Shown here piece after piece: positions 8,019 to 16,789 of a DNA stretch of 33,646 nt. The notes under the pieces are model-generated. The model saw only the letters and a program-made list of their open reading frames with translations. It was not told where the DNA came from and ran no database searches. The stretch covers positions 1 through 33,646 of the IMG/VR virus record IMGVR_UViG_3300020044_007582; one strand, 5' to 3'. The stretch comes from a virus (lineage: Duplodnaviria > Caudoviricetes). Both the position numbers and the translations under genes were made by a program. Each line of letters begins with the position of its first letter. Position 1 is the stretch's first letter.

Positions 8019-8480
8019 ATGACGCTCGAAGAACGCCTGAACTCGCTGAAAGAAGCCTTCACCGGCAAGACCGCCGAGGTCGAAGCCAAGGCCAGCGAAG
8101 TCGCCTCCCTGTCCGCCAAGGTCGAAGAACTGACCGCTGCGATGTCCGCCAAGGACGCTTCGCTCGCCGAGTTTGCCGCCAAGGTCGAAGACCTTTCTGC
8201 CAAGCTCGCCGCCGCCGATGAAATCCGCGCCAAGGCCGAAGCCCAGGCGAAGGAAATCGCCGCCTCGCAGGAAACCGCTGGCAAGAAGGCCGCTGCTATC
8301 GCCGCCTCCGTCGGCGTCACGCCCGTCGAAGTCACCCCGGCCGAAGCCACCGTCGCCTCCAAGAGCGATGAAGAGATCACCCAAGAATGGGTGGCCCTCA
8401 AGCAGAAGGACGGCAAGGCCGCTTCCGACTTCTACAGCAAGAACCGTGTGGCGATCCTTCGCTCCGCTGGCCTTCGCTAA
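8019..8480 (+). CDS. Capsid scaffolding protein (Nu3-like)
   Basis: Ala/Glu/Lys-rich coiled coil between protease and capsid; highly biased codon usage. Confidence 0.75.
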   Translation: MTLEERLNSLKEAFTGKTAEVEAKASEVASLSAKVEELTAAMSAKDASLAEFAAKVEDLSAKLAAADEIRAKAEAQAKEIAASQETAGKKAAAIAASVGVTPVEVTPAEATVASKSDEEITQEWVALKQKDGKAASDFYSKNRVAILRSAGLR

Positions 8481-8512
8481 TCCCTTTTCACCCCCCACCC
8501 TAACACACCACT

Positions 8513-9427
8513 ATGTCTAACAGCATTGGCGGCTTGACCCTCCAGCTCGTCGCTGAAGAGTCCCTCCGCACCCTCGTCCCCGAACTCGTTCCCCTGACGG
8601 AAATCGCCGTCACCGACTTCGGCAACTACGTCGCCGAGCGCGGCACCACGGTTCACACCCGTTACGCCGGCTCCTTCACGGCCACCACCTTCAACGCCGC
8701 CAACGGCTTCGTCCCCTCGGACGCTGTCTCGACCGACGTCCCGGTGACCATCGCCGACCTCAAGTATGTCGACGTCGCCTTCACCGACTACGAAGCGTCC
8801 ACCCTTAGCCTGGAACGCCTCCGTCGCCTCTTCTTCGCCCCGATCGCCAACGCCGTCCAGAAGTCCCTGTTCGACGAAGTGCTGTCCAAGGTGACCGCCG
8901 CCAACTTCGCCAACGAAGCCTACTCCGGCGCGACCAGCGGCTTCACCCGCATCGCCGTGGCCAACGCCGCCAAGAACCTCACCAAGGCTAACCTGCCTCA
9001 CATCGGCCGCAAGCTGCTCATCAGCCCGGACGCCATGGGCCAGCTCGTTCAAGACCCCTCCGTTGCCCAGACGTTCTCCTACGGCAACAGCGACGTCATC
9101 CAGAACAACTCGATCAGCAAGCAGCTCCACGGCTTCTCTGTCTCCGAGTACAACGGCTTCCCGACCTCCGGCACGGCCTTCACCGAAGGTCTCAACGGCG
9201 TGGCCTCCTGCAAGGAAGGTCTGGTCATCGTGACCCGTGTTCCTGCTACCCCGACCACCGGCGGTGGCGAACAGATGGTCGTTCAGGATCCGGACAGCAA
9301 GTTCTCCTTCGCTCTCCGCTACTGGTACAACTGGCAGGCCGGTAAGCACAATATGTCGGCTCTCTGGCTCGTCGGTTCGGCTGTCGGTAACCCGAACGCC
9401 CTCCAGCGCATCGCCTTCACTTCCTAA
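8513..9427 (+). CDS. Major capsid protein (HK97 fold, P22-coat-like)
   Basis: 304 aa with strong codon bias; motifs RGTTVH, RKLLISP, LHGFSVSE; followed by a terminator. Confidence 0.85.
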   Translation: MSNSIGGLTLQLVAEESLRTLVPELVPLTEIAVTDFGNYVAERGTTVHTRYAGSFTATTFNAANGFVPSDAVSTDVPVTIADLKYVDVAFTDYEASTLSLERLRRLFFAPIANAVQKSLFDEVLSKVTAANFANEAYSGATSGFTRIAVANAAKNLTKANLPHIGRKLLISPDAMGQLVQDPSVAQTFSYGNSDVIQNNSISKQLHGFSVSEYNGFPTSGTAFTEGLNGVASCKEGLVIVTRVPATPTTGGGEQMVVQDPDSKFSFALRYWYNWQAGKHNMSALWLVGSAVGNPNALQRIAFTS

Positions 9428-9475
9428 TCGGAAGTAAGTTTCGGGGGAGTTTAAAATCCCCCAAAGCGACAATGC

Positions 9476-9517
9476 GAGACCCTCTCCCCACGCCATGGGG
9501 GGAGGGTTTCTTATTTT
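9476..9517 (+). terminator. Rho-independent terminator after the capsid gene
   Basis: GAGACCCTCTCCCCA/TGGGGGGAGGGTTTC stem then TTATTTT; a smaller GGGGA/TCCCC hairpin at 9444-9461. Confidence 0.85.
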
Positions 9518-9531
9518 GACAATGGGCTAAA
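9516..9531 (+). promoter_or_regulatory. Late motif copy 3: TTGACA-ATG-GGCTAAA
   Basis: Directly after the terminator; 3 nt before ATG 9535. Confidence 0.75.
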
Positions 9532-9534
9532 CCC

Positions 9535-9873
9535 ATGTCGGGAATCACGGACGAATGGGCGGCAGACGCCTCGGAAATCCTTTCCGAGATTCCCAAGGCC
9601 GTGACCGTGAAGAACGTCCCAGGCGGCACCCCAGTACCCCTGAACGCCCTGATGACGCAGCCGGCGATCATGCAGGACTTGGAGACGGGCGGCTTCCTGA
9701 ACCAGACCTCCTTCGACATGAAGTTCCTCCGCGCCGACGCCGTGGCCAACCCCGGCCTCATCGCCTTCGGGAATGTCGTGGCCTATGGCGGACAGGAGTT
9801 CCGCATTATGACCGTGACGGACCGCACCCCTTCGGCCTGGGTGATCGTCAAGGTTCAGACCAAGGTACAGTAA
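9535..9873 (+). CDS. Head-tail joining / head closure protein (gpFII-like)
   Basis: 112 aa, beta-rich (VAYGGQEFRIMTV); position after capsid. Confidence 0.6.
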   Translation: MSGITDEWAADASEILSEIPKAVTVKNVPGGTPVPLNALMTQPAIMQDLETGGFLNQTSFDMKFLRADAVANPGLIAFGNVVAYGGQEFRIMTVTDRTPSAWVIVKVQTKVQ

Positions 9874-10832
9874 TGGCCCTCGTCGTAGAGGTCGCCAAGG
9901 GCGTGAAGGTGGACTACACCCAGTTCGCCCAGCATCTGGCTATCTACAAGATGGTCATGCGTAAGTCTTCCGAGGAGATTGTGAAGCAGCAGTCGCATCG
10001 TTTCGCAAAGGATATGTGCGACTTCACGCCGCCTTTTTCTGGTTCTGTTCCTGCCATTTCCAAAGGCGGAGAAGGTGGATACGGAAACAAGGCCAAGAAG
10101 AAAGGGCAGGACGCCGTAAGCCGTGACGTCCGTAAGATTTTCGCCCCGCTCGCCCAAGCTCCCGCCGCCGGCGTCGCAGGCTACGGAAACCTAGGTGTGT
10201 TCTCCGCATGGGTGAACGAGAAAATCAAACTCCCCCCTCCCCATTACCCTGACTTTGTTTTCAAGAATTTCGACCGTGGTCGCATCATGGGTCAGGGAGA
10301 GTTTGAATATTTCAAGCAAGTTGAATCCAAGAAAGGAACACCTAAGACCCGTTTCCTCATGGGTACGACCGAGGGTGCCATCAAAAAGGAACATGAAGAT
10401 CGCCGTGGAAAAAAGTCTTACAAGGTCTACAAAACACCTAAGTCGGAAGTCATTTACGTTGATAATTGGAAGCCTGTTGATAGGTACATCAAGCGGGTCC
10501 AGCAGCGCGTCGGCAAACTGAAGTCAGGCTGGTACTACGCCGGATTAAAGTTGGGGAAGATGCCTACATCGGCCTGGATTATGAACCAAGGTAACTCGAC
10601 TTCGGTTTATGTCCCAAAACTTGGCACGGCCGACCCAACAATCAAGCTCGGCTCCACCGTCGGCCGTAACTACTCCCAAGGCTACCACTTCATGCGGATG
10701 GCCATGAACCACCGTGCCTTCGCAATGCGAGTGGCCGTCCTGAAGCACCTCCAAGCACCGCGCAACCACGGCAAACTCATCGACGTCATCCGCCGGCTCC
10801 AAGGCGGATTCACCCTTACCAATACACCCTAA
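9873..10832 (+). CDS. Basic neck / tail completion protein (319 aa; start MALVVEV)
   Basis: TAATG coupling at both ends; basic; DFTPP and VGKLKSGW segments; synteny. Confidence 0.55.
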   Translation: MALVVEVAKGVKVDYTQFAQHLAIYKMVMRKSSEEIVKQQSHRFAKDMCDFTPPFSGSVPAISKGGEGGYGNKAKKKGQDAVSRDVRKIFAPLAQAPAAGVAGYGNLGVFSAWVNEKIKLPPPHYPDFVFKNFDRGRIMGQGEFEYFKQVESKKGTPKTRFLMGTTEGAIKKEHEDRRGKKSYKVYKTPKSEVIYVDNWKPVDRYIKRVQQRVGKLKSGWYYAGLKLGKMPTSAWIMNQGNSTSVYVPKLGTADPTIKLGSTVGRNYSQGYHFMRMAMNHRAFAMRVAVLKHLQAPRNHGKLIDVIRRLQGGFTLTNTP

Positions 10833-11275
10833 TGCCCACTCCTCCCTTCTTCAGTTTCCGAACCACCATCGAGAACAGGGTGGCCCAGTACCTCGCCCCG
10901 CTGTTCCCAGGCGTCGCCGTACACAAGGGCGTCACCGACGAGATTCGGGTCATCCCGATCATCATCGTCCACGCCGAGTCCAGCAGCAACATCGACGACC
11001 TCGGCTCCCAGACCCTCGGCAACTACAAGGCCACGGTCAAAATCTTCGTCTACTCCTCGGCCGACGACGAGACCCTTGAGACGCACCGCGCCCGGGTCGT
11101 GGAGGTCATCGGAGCCATGCGCGACGTCGCCGCCCTCGCCGCCCTGTGGAACCCGTCTACGGACGGCCAGCTCTACGACCTGTGGATTGAGAACGACGAG
11201 GAAGGCATGAGCCAACGCCGGTACGGCAACGCCATCGAGTACACCTTCTGGGGAGTCATGCCCCCCGCTCCTTGA
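10832..11275 (+). CDS. Tail terminator-like protein
   Basis: 147-aa acidic alpha/beta protein immediately before the tail tube candidate. Confidence 0.55.
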   Translation: MPTPPFFSFRTTIENRVAQYLAPLFPGVAVHKGVTDEIRVIPIIIVHAESSSNIDDLGSQTLGNYKATVKIFVYSSADDETLETHRARVVEVIGAMRDVAALAALWNPSTDGQLYDLWIENDEEGMSQRRYGNAIEYTFWGVMPPAP

Positions 11276-11287
11276 CACTTGGCTAAA
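11272..11287 (+). promoter_or_regulatory. Late motif copy 4: TTGACA-CTT-GGCTAAA
   Basis: Overlaps the upstream TGA; 11 nt before ATG 11299. Confidence 0.75.
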
Positions 11288-11298
11288 CCCATACGACT

Positions 11299-11628
11299 AT
11301 GGCAATCGATTACGGCGTAGCCCACTTTTACGGTCTCTATGGTACGGTCACCTATGCGACCCTCCAGTCCGACTCGCTCTCGCAGAGCTTCAAGATCGAC
11401 GTCGAAGTCATGGACGAAGAAGGCCGTGTCATCACCGACCGCCTGGACGACCTCTATCAGGAAATCACCCTCGACGGCGTCCTGAAGACCGGCGAAACCC
11501 CGGAAATCGGAACCCAGTTCACCTACCTCGGAATCCAATGGATTCTGAAGTCCCTTGAGGACAAGGGTACGAACAAGGACTTCCGCAAGGTCACCGTCAA
11601 GGGCGTCAAGTACTCGCAGATCGCCTAA
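11299..11628 (+). CDS. Putative minimal major tail tube protein
   Basis: 109 aa, beta-strand rich, has its own motif copy and biased codons; precedes chaperone and tape measure. Confidence 0.55.
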   Translation: MAIDYGVAHFYGLYGTVTYATLQSDSLSQSFKIDVEVMDEEGRVITDRLDDLYQEITLDGVLKTGETPEIGTQFTYLGIQWILKSLEDKGTNKDFRKVTVKGVKYSQIA

Positions 11629-11644
11629 TAGGGAGGCATCCCAA

Positions 11645-12238
11645 ATGGATGCTCGCTACCTACAGGCCACGACCGTCCTGCCCCGCCAAGATAAGGTGTG
11701 CGGCAGGACGCTTCGTCCTTTCTGCCTTCGGCACAGGGTGGCCCTTGAGGCCATCAGCTCGCCCTTCCTAGACCCGGCGAACAAGCAGTTCGACCCCATC
11801 CAAGTCGTGATGGCGGCGCGTATCCTGTCGACCTACGACAAGCAGGAGATGGCCCGTCCCTTGTCATTGGTCGAGAAGTGCTTCGTCGCCTACATGGCGA
11901 TCAACAAGAAGTACTACTCGCGCTGCGTCGGGACCATCCTAGGCTGCATCAAGGTGTCCCTTTCCTACCCCAAGTTCTGGCAGAAGGAAGACAAGAAGGA
12001 CCAGAAGAAGTACGAGGAGATTCCGTTCGTGCTAGGCTGCGTATCCAACCTTTGCCGCAACGGAGTCAGCCTGGAGGAGGCTTGGACGATGCCGGAAGGC
12101 GAGGCCGTCTGGATGTCTGTCGCCAGCGCGATTTACAACGGCTCCAAGATTACCATCCTCTCGACCGAGGAGGAGAAAGATTTAGAGAATTTCGACGCCC
12201 GTATTGAAGCCTACAAAAAGGCGAACAACCTACCCTAA
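11645..12238 (+). CDS. Putative tail assembly chaperone
   Basis: Between tube and tape measure; C-terminal SLEEAWTMP resembles gpT-like segments. Confidence 0.5.
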   Translation: MDARYLQATTVLPRQDKVCGRTLRPFCLRHRVALEAISSPFLDPANKQFDPIQVVMAARILSTYDKQEMARPLSLVEKCFVAYMAINKKYYSRCVGTILGCIKVSLSYPKFWQKEDKKDQKKYEEIPFVLGCVSNLCRNGVSLEEAWTMPEGEAVWMSVASAIYNGSKITILSTEEEKDLENFDARIEAYKKANNLP

Positions 12239-12241
12239 GAC

Positions 12242-13435
12242 ATGGCCGACCTATCAGTAACAATTGGACTAGACCAGAAGGAGCTGGAAAAGGGTCTCGC
12301 CGACGCCGGCAAGTCCATCGGCAACCTTGGTAAGGGCGGAGCCGGAGGAATGAAAAACCCGTTTCAGGCGGTCGCCAGTCAGTTCGGAACGGCACAGGGA
12401 ATTGGGGGTTTTCTTGCTGGACCCATCGGAGGAATGCTAGGTGCGCTTGTCGACGCTTTTGGCGGTGCCATCGGGGCGATGATTGACAAGATCAAGGAAC
12501 TGGCCGACTACGCCCAGACTCTTCGTCTTACTTCTCTCACGACTGGCCTTACCATTGATCAAGTCCGTCAGCTTGAGTCCATCGGCCAGGCTTTTGGTGT
12601 AAGCCTACAGACGATGACCAAGGCGACCGTAGAGTTCACGCGCCGTATGGGCGAGGCTCGCATCAAGGGCGGCGAAGTCACCAACATCCTCGCCAAGATG
12701 GGCGTTGGCATGGACGAGATTGCAGACGGCACGTTCAACGCTAACAAGGCGATGAAGGCGTTGGCCGACGCCTACGCCGCCGGCACGGACGAGGCCACGC
12801 TGCTTTACTACGGCACGAAGATGTTCGGCGACTCGTTCAAGGAACTCCTGCCAATCATCAAGGCAGGCTCCAAGGCCATCGATGACGCCGCATCTACTTA
12901 CGTCGAAGGCGAGGCCAAGACTACTGCCGCAGCCGGACGCCTGAAGAACGACCTAGACAACATTGGACGTTCAATCACGAATTTCCTACTTAATCTTCTT
13001 GGAGCTGCCGTATTGCTTGGTGAAGGTCTTCAAGAGGCTTATAATAGGATGAAGCCTATTAACATTCTTCGGGCGTTGAATCCTTTCGAGTCTTTAGAGG
13101 ACAAGGTGAAGCGCGAGATTGAAATGGCTCCGAAGCATATGACGGACGATGAAATCAGGGAGTTCGTCCTTTCTCGCAATCCACACCTAGACCCCGAATC
13201 CCTTAAAAAGGAAATCGATAAAGCCCTCAAGGGCAACGGCAAGATTCTCTCCCCCTTCGGTATGTCCGAAGCCGGCGCGGCTTCCCAGATGCAGCAGATG
13301 GGCGGCGGCGATATCTTCGGAGCTGTGGCCTTCTCCCCCCTTGAACGGATCGCCACGGCGACCGAAGCGACCGCCGAACATACCAAGCCTGGAGCCACGC
13401 CAGCCCCGCGCACCCCTGACGAACTTTCACGATAA
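12242..13435 (+). CDS. Short tape measure protein
   Basis: MADLSVTIGLD N-terminus; Ala/Gly-rich helical body; C-terminal LERIATAT. Confidence 0.7.
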   Translation: MADLSVTIGLDQKELEKGLADAGKSIGNLGKGGAGGMKNPFQAVASQFGTAQGIGGFLAGPIGGMLGALVDAFGGAIGAMIDKIKELADYAQTLRLTSLTTGLTIDQVRQLESIGQAFGVSLQTMTKATVEFTRRMGEARIKGGEVTNILAKMGVGMDEIADGTFNANKAMKALADAYAAGTDEATLLYYGTKMFGDSFKELLPIIKAGSKAIDDAASTYVEGEAKTTAAAGRLKNDLDNIGRSITNFLLNLLGAAVLLGEGLQEAYNRMKPINILRALNPFESLEDKVKREIEMAPKHMTDDEIREFVLSRNPHLDPESLKKEIDKALKGNGKILSPFGMSEAGAASQMQQMGGGDIFGAVAFSPLERIATATEATAEHTKPGATPAPRTPDELSR

Positions 13436-14370
13436 TGGGATCACTAACTACCATCAATTACGGCGACAGCCTAATCCCCCCCATTCCCCAGCCGGGATGG
13501 CAGGTCGAGGCCGACGGCTTCGGCCTTCTCCAGGCTCAGATCAAGTTCAAGTGGACAAATAGTGAGATGAATAATTTCACGACCGTCTTCGCCAAAGGAA
13601 CCACGCTCGGAAGCCTTGTTTCCAGCGCACCTAGCAATTTCCAGAACATGAAAATCTGGAAGGCGAACATGGTCTATGAAAAAGCCAACGTCCTGACGGT
13701 CACCGCCGACTTCTGCGGCATCGACCCCAACGTCAACAGCGGCACGAAGACGATCTCGCAGGTGGTCATGTCCGGGTCGACGGCTTCGGAGCCTATCGAA
13801 CACCACCCAAACTTCCTCGTCGTCAACAGCCCGACTGGGGCACCTCCTTTGAGTTCGGTCTTGGCAGGATTTCCAAGCGGGACTGGATGGGTGGAGGATG
13901 TTACTCAAAACCCGAACCGTGTCCTCTGGCGTCCGGCTGTTTCCGCTGGCGGTGCAGTACAGGCGTTCCAGTTCGTCGGCTTCCTTCCGAATCAGAAGGC
14001 AAGCGAGTACCCGAACCACATCAACATCAAGGCCGGCATCAAGAACTACTACAAGCCGTCCAACACCCTGCGCTGCCTTTTCTATGTCAGCGACGAGGCT
14101 ACTGCTATCGCTTACGCTTCCTACGTCGGCTGGAACACCAACGGAACCCTTTACGGGCTTCCCGAAAATTACAAAGGACTGGCTACTGGTGCTTACGGCG
14201 GTTCGTTCATCTATACTCCCGAGTATCTTTCCAGAATCGACCGTGGCTTCTTGGTCACCAGTTGCTCGGTCGAGCAATTCGGCGGCATCTGGAAGGTCAC
14301 GGCCGACCTGATGCTCTCGGGCATCTCCGGCTGGGACAAGGATATCTATCCACGAATCGCAGGCTTCTGA
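13435..14370 (+). CDS. Tail tip / baseplate hub protein
   Basis: Follows the tape measure; EPIEHHPNF motif and terminal GWDKDIY; beta-rich. Confidence 0.55.
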   Translation: MGSLTTINYGDSLIPPIPQPGWQVEADGFGLLQAQIKFKWTNSEMNNFTTVFAKGTTLGSLVSSAPSNFQNMKIWKANMVYEKANVLTVTADFCGIDPNVNSGTKTISQVVMSGSTASEPIEHHPNFLVVNSPTGAPPLSSVLAGFPSGTGWVEDVTQNPNRVLWRPAVSAGGAVQAFQFVGFLPNQKASEYPNHINIKAGIKNYYKPSNTLRCLFYVSDEATAIAYASYVGWNTNGTLYGLPENYKGLATGAYGGSFIYTPEYLSRIDRGFLVTSCSVEQFGGIWKVTADLMLSGISGWDKDIYPRIAGF

Positions 14371-15926
14371 TGCGTTCCATCTCTGGATTCAACAGCGGAT
14401 CACTCGACGGCTCTTTCGCCGCCGGCCAGCCCGTCTCGGCCTCCGCGCTGAACAGGTTGGCAGGCTCGGCCGACAAGTCTCGTCCGATGATGTCGAACGA
14501 TATCCAGTTCATGTCAGGAATGGGAGGGGTCGCCATGGGCACCCCGCAGGAACTTGTCGAAACGGAAGGCACCGATTCAGGGTCGACCATCTACCAGCAG
14601 TACCAGTTGGAAGTCGCCAGCATCGAGATCAGCCCAGGCGTCTTCGCCCAGAAACTCAAGCTCGCCAAGGGGACTGTCAACTTCACCCAGAGCAATATGC
14701 CCCGGGTACGCCTGGGCGGTCACAGCGACCAGCGTCAGGCTTGGCTGTTCAAGACCGCCGTCCTCGGCACCGGCGTCTCGGCGACGCAGGGGTCGGACTC
14801 TTCGTCCATCTGGATGGAAACCAACGGGTATTACAATATCAGCAGCGCGGGGACTTACTACGTCACGATCAGCAAGTTCGATATCAACCAGTCCAACGAC
14901 GACACGGAGTCCGAGCTGCTCAACGCCGAGACGCCTTGGATTTCCATCTTCCCCGCAGGCGACGCCATCGAGACGGCGATCTTCTCGGAGACCGGCCCTT
15001 CGGAGTACGTCAACAAGACGAACATCCATAAGATGACTGGCTACGACGCCACGTCGACCGGCCTGTCTGGGGACTGGGGCAACTGCCACACGACTTGGTT
15101 TAACCCCGTCAAGTGGGGCTACTCGGTCAAACTCATCGGCATCGTCACGGCCACGGCGGTCGGCGAGGCTTTGACCCTGACCATCGACCAGCATATCCTT
15201 GGCCCTATCGACCTTCAGATTCCGTGCCTCTTCATCGGCACGACCCTTTGCAATCAGGACGACCTGAACGAGGTCAACGACCCGTACAACCTGAACAAGA
15301 ACTCCACGCCTGACGCCTGGTCTTACATCGTCAACGCCGACACGCTTACTGCTTTGAACGAGATCACCCCCGTGACGACCGCCTGGTTCCAAGAGTTCAT
15401 CGGGCCGGCGGATTGGACTTCGACCAACTACATCGGCCTTACCGCCGGAAGTTGCGCGGCTCAGGACGACGACGCCTGCCTCTTCCCGTTCCAGTTCCAT
15501 CCGTTCATCGTGCCAAGCGAAGCCGGCGACCTTTACCGCGCCAACGTCTGCGGAGGTATGGTCAACAATCTCATTCCTTACGACGAACCGGCGTCGGGAA
15601 CCAAACTTCCGGCAACCTTGGACTTCCTCGTCAGCGGAGATTACAACGTATACCTTCGCATGGGCGTCGAAGACTACGCTACGCCCAATCCGATCTTCCC
15701 TGTCACGGACGATACCAACGCCTACTACCCGACGCTCATTCGGTATCTCACGACCGACCCGCAGCCCGTCGACTCGGACGAGTGGTGCTACATCCTGCTC
15801 GCCGTCGTCCGCAACGTCGGCACACCGTCGACCTACACCGTCGACCAGATGGTCAGCGGATCGCTGTGGGTTGACCGCATCAAGACCGGCAGCATGACCG
15901 CCCGTTACTACTGGGCCAGAGTCTGA
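14370..15926 (+). CDS. Tail tip / receptor-binding structural protein (518 aa; start MRSISG)
   Basis: TGATG coupling at 14370; acidic, Thr/Trp-rich, beta-structured. Confidence 0.6.
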   Translation: MRSISGFNSGSLDGSFAAGQPVSASALNRLAGSADKSRPMMSNDIQFMSGMGGVAMGTPQELVETEGTDSGSTIYQQYQLEVASIEISPGVFAQKLKLAKGTVNFTQSNMPRVRLGGHSDQRQAWLFKTAVLGTGVSATQGSDSSSIWMETNGYYNISSAGTYYVTISKFDINQSNDDTESELLNAETPWISIFPAGDAIETAIFSETGPSEYVNKTNIHKMTGYDATSTGLSGDWGNCHTTWFNPVKWGYSVKLIGIVTATAVGEALTLTIDQHILGPIDLQIPCLFIGTTLCNQDDLNEVNDPYNLNKNSTPDAWSYIVNADTLTALNEITPVTTAWFQEFIGPADWTSTNYIGLTAGSCAAQDDDACLFPFQFHPFIVPSEAGDLYRANVCGGMVNNLIPYDEPASGTKLPATLDFLVSGDYNVYLRMGVEDYATPNPIFPVTDDTNAYYPTLIRYLTTDPQPVDSDEWCYILLAVVRNVGTPSTYTVDQMVSGSLWVDRIKTGSMTARYYWARV

Positions 15927-16411
15927 TGGGTGAGATCATGGGAGACAACGAGACGTTCTGCACATGGGGAGCCATGCGTAGTCCGTTCTACAATGCCAAG
16001 TGGTCGGACAACTCAGCTCCCCCGAACTTCTTCAACGGAAAGACCATCCATAGCCGCACCTACGTCAACGACGCCGACGGCGTGGATTACCCCCCGACCT
16101 TCTTTCTCGATAATTCAAAAAGCCTATTCAGGACAGCCCCGGTCGGTTTCAATGTGGTCGGATGTGGCCTAGGGTGGCCGCAGACAGGAAGTATGCCGTC
16201 TTTCTGGGATGGATATATGGTCTGGTCTGGTCTGGACAATCAGGACTTCGAGCAGTTCCTCGGCACGTTGCTGCAAAGCCCCACGGATCAGGTCTACCTC
16301 ACCGCCGACGCCAACACGGCGGCAGGCCAGTATGTGGAGTACACCCCTCCTCTGACCATCGACCTTTACCCAGGCTTCAGCACGATTGACGGTATGACCG
16401 CTGTCACTTGA
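15926..16411 (+). CDS. Hypothetical tail-region protein
   Basis: TGATG coupling; 161 aa. Confidence 0.55.
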   Translation: MGEIMGDNETFCTWGAMRSPFYNAKWSDNSAPPNFFNGKTIHSRTYVNDADGVDYPPTFFLDNSKSLFRTAPVGFNVVGCGLGWPQTGSMPSFWDGYMVWSGLDNQDFEQFLGTLLQSPTDQVYLTADANTAAGQYVEYTPPLTIDLYPGFSTIDGMTAVT

Positions 16412-16428
16412 CCCCCCCTAGGGGGCTG

Positions 16429-16444
16429 TTGACATAAGGCTAAA
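16429..16444 (+). promoter_or_regulatory. Late motif copy 5: TTGACA-TAA-GGCTAAA
   Basis: 15 nt before ATG 16460; preceded by the palindrome CCCCCTAGGGGG. Confidence 0.75.
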
Positions 16445-16459
16445 CCCAAACGGCGAACC

Positions 16460-16789
16460 ATGTCCTGTACCCAGCATCAGTTCAAACGGGGGGTCACCTT
16501 CAACGGTGCCGGTACCTATACCCCCGAGGACGGGTGGCCTGCCTCCCTCACCGGGGTGACCATCGTCACCGCGCTGCGCGACGCCCGGAACCAGCTCCAC
16601 TACTTCGACGTGGCGATCACCAGCCCGACGACCTTCACCGTGTCTTCCAACCAGACCCAAGAATGGCACCCAGGCACGGCCTACTGGGATATCCAGTTCT
16701 TCCAGAACACGACCGAGGTCTTCTATTCGGCCACCGTCCGCATTGAAATCCTGCCGAACGTCACCCCTAACAAAGTTTCCAACTCCTGA
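16460..16789 (+). CDS. Tail fibre adaptor (BppU N-terminal-like Ig fold)
   Basis: FKRGVTF...YWDIQF...SATVRIEILPNVT pattern; directly before the fibre. Confidence 0.6.
   Translation: MSCTQHQFKRGVTFNGAGTYTPEDGWPASLTGVTIVTALRDARNQLHYFDVAITSPTTFTVSSNQTQEWHPGTAYWDIQFFQNTTEVFYSATVRIEILPNVTPNKVSNS

Noticed and set aside
9555-9872. Long N-terminal extensions in the ORF track (9555, 13887, 11555, 26694, 30098, 31770 starts)
   Set aside because: They overlap upstream genes in another frame and are Arg/Pro-rich junk; coupled or better-placed starts at 9873, 14370, 11645, 26574, 29759 and 31593 fit better.
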